DNA of 64,000 nt from assembly GCF_009914755.1 (NCBI RefSeq), contig NC_060940.1; one strand, 5' to 3'. How positions within the stretch are numbered: the first letter of the stretch is position 1; every line of letters begins with the position of its first letter. Shown piece after piece: positions 54,859-64,000 of the stretch. The notes beneath the pieces were generated by a model. The model did no database searches. It was not told where the DNA came from and saw only the letters and a program-made list of their open reading frames with translations. This DNA comes from the human T2T-CHM13v2.0 reference genome, Homo sapiens. A program made the position numbers and the translations under genes.

Positions 54859-57800
54859 TCACCTGTCGGAATACATCATGTCATTTACGCTCACCTTACT
54901 TCTTTGTCTATATTAAGGCGCATCTAGCAGTTTAAAAATAACATTTAGATACAGGTGTGTCTTATTCTCTAAGAAGGCACTTCACTTAAAAACAGGCTTC
55001 TCTGCAAACCCAGAGTGAGCTGCAGCGGCCGGGAGATCGGCCAGGTGTGGTCCTTTCACCCTGCAGCTCAGTGTCCTGTGACCACAGGCACGTGGGCCCT
55101 GCCCTGAGCGCCTCACACCAACCCGAGGCAGGAGGAGGAGGAGGGCGCCCTGAGAGTGCCCTGTCAAGCAAAAACTCTAAGAGAAAAAGCCAGGCTGACC
55201 CAGGAGAGGCCTGAGGGAGGGGAGTGGAGATGAGGCTCGGCCACCCCAGGGCTGCCCGGTGCTGGGGGAGAAGACGCTGAGAAGAGGAGGAGAATGGGGA
55301 GGAAGGGACGGACACCCCAAGAGCACGCAGGCTGAAGACTGGGCTGCCTCCCTGGAGACCGACCAGCCTGCCCTAGGTGGGACCCTGTCCCCGCCGTCCC
55401 GGCCTGCGCCAGCACAGCCCCCAGGACCCAGGCGCACACAAGCCCGTGGCTGGCCACGCTCCCAGCAGCTGCGGGCCGGCTTCAGGGAGGAATGAGCCCC
55501 TGTCGGCACCTCGTCCAGCTGTCCCCCAGCACCCCGGCCTGGCAGCTCCCGCCTCCTCGGGGCCATTGTCCCTGGCATGCGGTGGCAGCTGTCTCTGGCA
55601 CCCGCAGGAAGCCAGTGTGGGCCCAAAGATAATCGTGCACCCTTCATTTACCCCAATTTTTCATGTCCTGAAGTCTGCGTATGGAAGGGGGGCCCAGGAC
55701 CCGTGGATGCTAACATCTGTTGCCTCCTCCTGGAAGGGTGGTCAGTTTGGGCAGATCCTGCTGTGACTGTCCAGCGGCCAACCCCCCCACCCCCCACGTG
55801 AGGCTGGCAGGTGCGGGTGGGGGCTGAGAGAGCAGGTGTTGTGCCATTTGCTGGTTGTCCTGGGACGATGACTCACAGACGGCTGTTCTGCTTGGCTCAC
55901 CCTGTCCTCTCCCTGCACCCTCGGCTACAGGTCACGAGTGTTCCCACCCCTGCACCCCAGAAGGAGATGCGGCTCCATGTGACCCTGCAAGCTGGCAAGC
56001 CATGGTTTCTAGACAGTGGAAAGCACAGCTCCCAATGTGGTGGTGTTCTCCGGTTGCAGGGCCCTATGTTAGGAAACGAATGTGTAATTTTTTTTTTTTC
56101 TCTAGGAATCATATTCTGCACTGGAAGAAGCCTTGAGAGTTGCCTGGCCCAGAGGTCACAAACCAGAGCCCTGCGGGCTGAGCTCTACCCACAGTGCAGT
56201 TATCAGTCACCGTGTAGCGGTCACCGACAGCCACATTAATGCTGCGTAACAAACAGCCTCAGAGCCCACCGTTGTGTGTCGCCAGGCGGTGCTGTCCATG
56301 CCCAGGCCCCAAGAAAGGCAGGGGAAAGGCTGAGCTGGGCCTGTGCCCTCTGTCCCTTCCTATGAGCCTCTAGAGCAAAGCTTTGCTGAAGGCTGTTGTC
56401 TGAACCAAGGCCACAGAGGAAGCACGCTCCCTGCTCCCACTTTGCCCCTCGTACCCGCCTGAGGGCATCTTAATTAAGCCTTCCTTCCCCACGCTCAGAA
56501 AAATAAATACTTGGGAGACAGCAGAGACATTTTCACAGGGTGTGTTTTCATTTGCCTTTGGCACTAATGGGTCTCTGGAACGTTCCATCCTGGCCGGGGA
56601 GGTCAGGGCCTGGGCGGCCAGGGCCCATTTCGAGAAAGCAGGTTTTCCTTTGTGGCATGCTTATTTCAAGCACCATTTTCCCTCCTGGTTATACTTGAAA
56701 TGGGGCTCGGTGTTGGGAGGTTTCAAATGTGGACATTCCGGGCAAGGAGCCTCATGAACTCTGTGGACATTCAAGGGGCCTCATGAACTCTGTGGACATT
56801 CTGGGCAAGGGGCCTCATGAACTCTGAAGGTTGAGCTTGGAAGGACGGACACAGGTCTTGGCAGCCTGAGTGGGTACAAACGCTGATTTTTCTGGAGTCA
56901 GTCCTCTCCTGCTGATGGGCTGAGAGAGCCCCCCAGGCCCTGTGTCCCTTCTCAGAGGACCTCAGCCCCCCAGTGCCTGGAACACGGATGGGCTGGGGGC
57001 TGGGGCCCAGGGCCTCGCATCCTACAAGGGCCCAAGGGCTGAAATGGGGCTGGGGTCCCTGGATCTAGGGGATGAGGGCCCAGAACGAGGCTGGGGTCTG
57101 GGGTTCAGTGGAGCAATGACCAGGAATCAGGCTGCGATCTGTAGTCCAGGTGTCTGGCGTCAGACAACACCCTCCTGTACACGGCACAGCTATACTGCAG
57201 GGTTAGGGACAGGATTTACTGCCACCAACGGAAGCGTTGATTCCAAGTCTCAGACACCGCCCCCAGGCTGGGCCTCCCTCGACGGAAGGTGACGCTCTCT
57301 GGGAGGTCCTTGGTGCTCACCTCCCTGGCTGCTTGGGGCCCCAGGGCTCCTGCCTAGGGATGTTTTGGGGCTGCAGAAGGACCCTCTGCCCATTATCAGA
57401 CGAGAAGTGCAGAGAGCAAATGCGTGCTGTTGGCGCCCCCCACCCCCACACTGAGAGTGGAGACGGATAGGCCCAGCCAGAAGCTTGGGGACCCGCTCCC
57501 AGCCTGGAGTGACGGACGCTGAGCAGCAGGAGCACAGCTGTTCCCGACACATCCGTGATCTGGGCGTGCACCTGTCACTGGGGAGAGAGCAGTGCTGGTC
57601 TCCACGCTTTGGGCATCGCCTGCTCCCTGAATCCTTTCCACATGCGAACAGCCTGGGCAGGGGTCCCCAGCGGTCAGTAGCTACTCCCGCCAGCGCGGGT
57701 TCACGGATCAGGAGGCTCCCAGTGTGTCAGGGGAGTGCGAGGTGAAGATGGGGAGGGCTGGGCTGGAAATGCTTGTCCTCCGTGGAGGTCGGGGGCATCA

Positions 57801-58607
57801 GGAGGACCAGGAGGACGTCTGGGCTGCAGGCAGACGTAAGCTGCAGCAGGGCCAGCTCTGGCCACAGAGGCCCAGAAAGCACTGCTCCTGCAGGGTGCCA
57901 AGAAAGACTCACTGAGTGGTTTTCCACTGCCCTGTGAGCGCCAGGAAGCTTAAGGCACAGACAAGGCCAGTTCTCAGGCAGACGCCACCCCAGCCAACAG
58001 GCCAGCCTTGACCCAAACCGGAACTCGTGCCCCAGCTGGCACTGCCAGCACCCGAGACAGTGAAGTACAGGGAGCTGCAACCCAGCCCAGAGCTCCAAGT
58101 GTGCGTGGCCAAGAAGCTGACTCCCGAAGGGGGTCTTGAGAGGGGTCCTGCGAACCCCTCCTCTCCCCTGGAGACCCGTCCGGGGGCGGGGCCTTTCCCA
58201 GCCTCTGCTCACAGCCTGCGCCGGCCCAGCCTGTAGTCACTCTGTCTCTGCCAGACCAGCCGTCATTAAAAGCACCAATTAATCTCCCAGGCCGTGCCAG
58301 GACGCTGCCAACTGCCCCACGGGTGCTCGGGATGCAGGGGCTGGGAGGCCCGGGCCAAGGCTGTGCACACACCGGCTGCCAGCGGGTTCACGCCCGCCGG
58401 GCCCTCCCTGTGTTTCTCAGAGGCCGCACAAAAGATGGGCTGCCTGCCGCAGGAGGAGGGCCGGGTTGGGGGTGGATGGAGAGGGACGGGGAGGACGGGC
58501 AGGGAGGGACGGAGGGGCACAGGGAAGGACGGAGAGGGAGGGACAGGGGCCTCTCCAGGGTGGCATTTCCCTGGGCAGCCCTGCTTCCTCCTCGTGCCCT
58601 GGGCCCA

Positions 58608-59180
58608 ACACACACCACACACACACACACACCATACACATGCACACCACACATCACAAACACACCCACACCCTGCACACATACACCACACACTAAACAC
58701 ACACACCACACACATACCACACACACGCACCACACATACATCATACACACGCACACACACCACACACCATACACACACCCCACCACACACATACATACAC
58801 ATGCACACACACACACCACACACACACATCATACACACGCACACCACACATCACACACAAACACACCCACACCCTGCACACATACACCACACCAAACACA
58901 CATGCACACACACACCACACACCATACACACACCACACCACACACATACATCATACACACGCACACACACCACACACCATACATGCACCCCACACACATA
59001 CATCACACACATCATACACATACACACCACACACCATACACACCATACGCACTATACACGCACCATACACACTATACACGCACCACACACACCATAAACA
59101 CACCCCATACATACATCCCATATACATATCACACATTACATACCATACAAACACACACCACACACACACACACATGAACA
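58608..59180. repeat. CA-rich low-complexity tract with an internal duplication
   Basis: cacaccacacatacac.. pattern; the block acacacccacaccctgcacacatacaccacac occurs twice. Confidence 0.9.
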
Positions 59181-62092
59181 CACGCGCCTCCGGGGTCGCC
59201 ATCCCTAGGAGCCACGGGTAGGGTGGGGTGGTCTCTCATCTGGAAGCATCCCCCAGGCCATCCCTGCACCATCTCATGGGCAGCAGAGCCTGTCCACCCA
59301 CATTCTTCTCTGCGGCTGTCCTTGGCGCCCAGGCCAGGGCATGTGGAGCTACAGATGTCATCTACACCAGCTCTCCACGCCCGGCACTCACGGCCCAGGG
59401 GACAGCCCTGGTCCAGATTCCCCCATCAGGGTATACTTGAAACGTACACTCCCCCTGAAACTGCAAGGCCCACTAGCAGGTGGTGAGGTCAGGGTGGGTG
59501 GGGCCATGCAGACACGGCGGAGCAGGCCCCAGCTGAAGGGGTGGGGCAGGGATGGGAGACAGGGGAGGAGGGTGTGTGTGCAGCTCCCCCCTGGATGAAG
59601 ACATGGGCCCATCAGGTGGACTCAGAGGTGGCTCTGATGGCTGCCCCTCCACTCTCCACCCCCGGGTCCATCTCTTGTCATCAGACACTCTGCTCTAGCT
59701 TCCCCAGGGAACACGCTGGCCTCTCCCTGCAGGAGATCAGAAGCTTCAGGGCTCAGCTTAAATGACACCAAAGATGCTTTCCCAGACCATCCTTCCTGAA
59801 GTCCCCGCCTCTGAGAGGTGCTTTTGGAGTTACCTGCTGCCTGCCTCCCTCCACAAGGCCAGCGTCTGCAGGGCAGGAGCTGTGAGGGTGGCCCGGCTCC
59901 ATCCTGTGTGGGAAAGTGCCTGGCACACAGCAAGTGCTTAATTAATACCTGGTGACCCTCAAGCCATCCCGACACCTCCCTCTCTGAAAGCTCCGTCCCG
60001 GCGTCCTCTCAGGCCTAGTGGCTCACACCCGCGGAGGACGAGGTCATTTTCCTGGGGACTTCAAGGTGGACCAGAGATGACTCTGGAAGGGGGGTTTGTG
60101 GGCACCACTCTGCATGGGGATCCTCACCCACATACCGCCCTCCCGGGAGTGCACCAACACGTCCTCAGCTGACTGGCCTAGGCCCCCACCACCCCGCCAC
60201 AGAGACTCCCCACCTCCCCACCCCTCCTGTGGCAGCCTGCACGCCCAGCACCTCCCCTGGTGATCACTGCAACCTGGGGAAAGGAGCAGGCGCTGTTGGA
60301 GCCTGAGGCAGGGTCTCAGTTGCACAGACCACCGTGCCCCAGAGTCAGGGCCTGGATGCCACTCCCCAACCTCAGTCTCCCTTCCTCCAGGGGTGCTGGA
60401 GTTCCCCACCTGTGTCCCAGGGACTTGAAGCTTCCTTGGTGGATGGGGAGCCAGGAAGAGGCCACCCTGCCTGCTCGCAGACCTAATGCAACTGCTTTTC
60501 TTTGGCAAAGAGAGCTCTCCACGGAGGTCCTCACCCGGATGGCACTGTGAGCCCGAGTGGGCGATGTCTGCTCTCCCAGGGGCAGGGGGTGGAAGGTGGC
60601 ACAGTTTGGACCGGACCCCCACCCTCACTGCTTCCACTTAAACCCCCACTTCTGCCTGCCTGCATCCCAGGCCTAACAGATGAGTTCCGCGGGCGCCCCA
60701 GGCGATGCTCTGAGGGCCACGGAAGGATGCGGGGACCCCGAGCGGAGGGCAGGGCCTCCAGGGGGAAGAGGCACTGCAGACGGAGGTGTGGGTCTTCCCA
60801 GGCAGGTGCCAGAGCCAAGTGAGATGGTGGGACGGGGAAGAGAGGGCAGGCCAGGCTGGCAGCCAGCTCTCCACCTACGATGCGTGGAGCCTCCCAACTC
60901 GCGCACTCCGTCTCCCCACCGCTGCTTCCTCTGACCTGGCTGCAGAGATGAGACCACCCTCCCGGCAGGTGACACGGCCCTTGCTCTTCAGCCTGGAGGC
61001 CAATGCTTCCTCCAAAGGCCCTGGCCCCCTCAGCTCCGGGCCTGGCTCCGGTTGTTCCCAATGCAAAGCAGCAAGGGCCCCGGGGTCTGCGGACGGGGGC
61101 GGGCGGCCGCTGGGGGCACCAGCTCTCGGCCGGGCCAGAACAGGGGGTAGGAGGCGCGTCCTGTGCGGTCGGTGGCGGCCCCAGGTGGGTGCGGTGCGCT
61201 GGCAGGAAGCGGCAGCACGACCCCCGACTTTGCATCTGGACTTTTCTAGTAACGGACCAGCTCCTTCTGCCGACCGGGCCGGGGAGACCGCGTGGCTCAG
61301 TGGCTGCAGCGGCCACCGGCCCGGGCGTGGGGGCTTTGAGGGCACCGGCGCGGTAGGTCACCCGGGTTTCGCGGGCCGCAAGCTCGGAGACGCGCGTGTC
61401 CCGCGTTGGCTGCCTGACCCGGAATGGCGCAGCCCCTTCGCCTCCAGCGCGCTGGTTGAAAGGATCCGAGCCACCCTCGGGGACGGCCGGGCCGAGGCCA
61501 CCTCGCGGGGGCGGCCTTGGGCGGGGACCCGGACCCGCGGTTGGACGTTCGCCTCGGGGGGGGCAATGTCCCCTCTCCGACCCCGCGGTCCCCACCAGGG
61601 CGGCACACCCCGCCCTCTCCCCGCCTCCGCAGGCGCCCAGGGCTCACAGGCTCGGAGCGGCCTCCGCCTCTGCCGGACCACCCAGGGCCGCCCCGCCGGA
61701 GGGGCCTCCCCGCCCCCGAGCCCTAGGTCACGCCCGGAAGGCCCGGGGCCCCCGCGTCCGGCCACGCCATCCGCCCGGCGGCCCCAGGGACTCAGCGACG
61801 GGGTCAGCGCAGGCCCCGCCCAGCGCTCCCGCCCCCTCCAGCTGGCCGGCCCCCGGGACCGCGCCCCCGCCCGCGCTCTCCACGCTCGCACTCGTATGGG
61901 CAGGGCGGCCCGGGGTCCCCCAGCTCCGAGCCGCGGCCCCTTGAAGCGCGTTACCTGGACGTGCGCTGTCCGCAGACTCTGGACGAGCTGGGCCTGGGCG
62001 CTGCGCGGCGGAACCGACCCTGTCCTGGACCGCAGGCAGCAGCTGACCCCGCGCCACCGGCCTGCGGGCGAGACCTCAGGCGCGAGACGGGC

Positions 62093-62185
<93 letters not shown>
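62093..62185. repeat. Compound microsatellite (TG)9(AG)19(TG)18
   Basis: Read directly from the sequence. Confidence 0.97.
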
Positions 62186-62191
<6 letters not shown>

Positions 62192-62439
62192 AGGGGCCCG
62201 AGGACCCGCTTCCTAGCTGAGCGTCAGGACGGGGGGCGGACTCTCAGGAGCCGCGCGGCGCCCGCAGAGGAGAGGAAGCGCCGGAGACCCCCCTGCTCCC
62301 ACCCGGCCTCCCTGCCCCGCTTCCTTTCCCGGGGCTCCAGAGAGGGGAGCTCCAGGCGTGGGGCGCCTGGCCCACGTGGTGCGGCGCCGGGCGGGGCAGG
62401 CGGGGGCGCGGCGAGAGCCGCGGAGCTTTCTTTATGGGT

Positions 62440-62570
62440 GGGGGGGCGGGGGCGGCCGGGCTCCGCCTCCGGGGGATCGGGGCGCGCTCCGCCAATGGGT
62501 AGCCGGGCGCGGGGCGGGGCCGCGGGGCCGCCGCTTAAAGAAACTTGTTGCGGGTCCCGGAGCGGGACCC
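62440..62570 (+). promoter_or_regulatory. SOX8 core promoter
   Basis: GC boxes (GGGGCGGGG near 62442 and 62511), CCAAT at 62492-62496 and TATA-like CTTAAAG at 62534-62540, implying a TSS near 62565-62570. Confidence 0.7.
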
Positions 62571-62572
62571 GA

Positions 62573-62577
<5 letters not shown>

Positions 62578-62603
<26 letters not shown>

Positions 62604-62604
62604 C
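62578..62604 (+). repeat. (GGC)9 trinucleotide repeat in the SOX8 5' UTR
   Basis: Nine uninterrupted GGC units upstream of the ATG at 62723. Confidence 0.95.
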
Positions 62605-62722
62605 AGGGGCGAGGGTCGGGGCCACCGCGCGGCGACCTCGGGTCCCGGAGCGACCGCAGGGCAGCCCCGGGCGCCGGCCCCGGTGCGCGTCTCCTGTGCG
62701 CGCCCCTCCGCGCGCGGCCCCG

Positions 62723-63144
62723 ATGCTGGACATGAGCGAGGCCCGCTCCCAGCCGCCCTGCAGCCCGTCCGGCACCGCCAGCTCCATGTCGCACGTGGAG
62801 GACTCGGACTCGGACGCGCCGCCGTCTCCCGCCGGCTCCGAGGGCCTGGGCCGCGCGGGGGTCGCGGTGGGGGGCGCCCGGGGCGACCCGGCGGAGGCGG
62901 CGGACGAGCGCTTCCCGGCCTGCATCCGCGACGCCGTGTCGCAGGTGCTCAAGGGCTACGACTGGAGTCTGGTGCCCATGCCGGTGCGCGGCGGCGGCGG
63001 CGGCGCGCTCAAAGCCAAGCCGCATGTGAAGCGGCCCATGAACGCATTCATGGTGTGGGCGCAGGCGGCGCGCCGCAAGCTGGCCGACCAGTACCCGCAC
63101 CTGCACAACGCCGAGCTCAGCAAGACGCTGGGCAAGCTGTGGCG
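62723..63144 (+). CDS. SOX8: SOX8 (SoxE HMG-box transcription factor), coding part of exon 1 (422 nt)
   Basis: [17 protein letters not shown]..., SoxE dimerisation segment [23 protein letters not shown], and the first part of the HMG box [43 protein letters not shown]. Phase-2 donor CG|GTGAGT at the SoxE-typical intron position. Confidence 0.98.
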
Positions 63145-64000
63145 GTGAGTGCCGGCGCCCCGGGGGCGGGGTTCGGGACCTTGGCCGCCCCTGGTCTCGG
63201 ACTGCGAGCGGGGGCCTGGAGGGCGCAGAGCTCGCGGAGGTGGTGGCCACACGCAGGCTCCGGGCTCTGCACCCCGGGCGGGTGTCAGGGCGGGTCCCAG
63301 TGGAAAAACATCCTCTGGCCAGCCGGGGTCCGGCGCCAGCTATGGGAGTCGGGATCCGCGGAGGGCAGCGCCTGGGGTGTGCACCCTCGTGGCGGGTGCG
63401 CTCTGGAGCCAGTTCTCCTGGCGGGGAACACACTGCGGAGGGCCATGGCTGGCACCCCGACGTGCCCTCCAGCCGTTGCGAGTGGCCCCAGCCCCGGGAG
63501 GCACGCCCGGCACGACAGCAAGTTGCATGCGGCTCTCTGGAGGTGCTCCCTCCTTAGAAAGGGCTCAGCTCCTCTGGCTCCTGGACCACCCATGGGGAGG
63601 GAGTGCGGCAGGCGGATGGGTGGGCAGCAGGTTTGCCTGCGAGTACCCTCCCCGCAGTTTCTCCCTCTCCTGGACACCCTCGGTCCGAAGCAGGGAGGGC
63701 AGGAGTGGAGATGACGGGGTGCGCCGTGTGCACGCCTTGGCGTGGTGGGGCCGGTCAGTTTTCCAGAAATTAGGACTGCAGAGTGAAGAACTTGTTGCTC
63801 AGGACAGGCCGCCCCCACCGAGTGTCCTCTGGTTGGGTTTCAAATGGTTCTCTTGGTTTGGGGCTCTGGTTCCCGTATCCTGCTCCTCACCTGGAAGAAG
63901 GGAGCTTGGAGCTTGGGTATTTGCACCTCCTGCCTTCTGTCTGGATCTAGGGCGCAGCCACGGGGCGCTGTGGACGGCAGGCCCCTGCTCCCCCAAGTCC

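Larger units (their letters stand above)
56500..62400 (-). ncRNA. CEROX1: Probable lncRNA CEROX1, divergent from SOX8 (extent approximate)
   Basis: Established locus organisation (lncRNA sharing a bidirectional promoter with SOX8). The sequence shows a minus-strand donor CAG|GTAACG at 61955/61954 inside the CpG island. Ends cannot be determined from sequence. Confidence 0.5.
60650..63750. promoter_or_regulatory. Large CpG island of the SOX8/CEROX1 bidirectional promoter
   Basis: Continuous CpG-rich sequence spanning the divergent first exons. Confidence 0.9.

Noticed and set aside
60531-63818. Long overlapping ORFs (354, 441, 333, 389 and 242 aa) around SOX8, and similar ones at 50950-52220
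   Set aside because: Expected from stop-codon scarcity in CpG islands. Only the SOX8 and LMF1 frames show recognisable protein.

Overview
Primate genomic DNA, almost certainly human subtelomeric 16p13.3. It covers the 5' half of LMF1 on the minus strand: coding exons 1 and 2 plus an 11-nt exon 3 that the ORF track cannot see. It also covers the CpG-island promoter region and first coding exon of SOX8 on the plus strand. Splice and polyA signals fit the annotated lncRNAs LMF1-AS1 (+) and CEROX1 (-, divergent from SOX8), but I can only place their boundaries approximately. The rest is intronic or intergenic: about 20 Alu elements, old L1 fragments, an MLT1 LTR, a MER30 and a very dense set of minisatellites (roughly 11 kb in total). 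Nearly all long ORFs in the track are artefacts of these repeats or of GC-rich sequence. I see no new protein-coding system. The best leads lie in the repeat architecture around LMF1 exons 2-3: (1) a 73-bp VNTR carrying 17 invariant PAR-bZIP/NFIL3 D-boxes; (2) an inverted copy of the downstream VNTR on the other side of exon 2, at an L1 deletion junction; (3) a 2.9-kb nearly AG-free, branch-point-rich VNTR abutting a candidate poison exon; (4) about 36 tandem GTGAGT donor-like motifs; (5) a 321-nt exon 2+3 unit that would form a stop-free circle. All of these are hypotheses from sequence inspection only.
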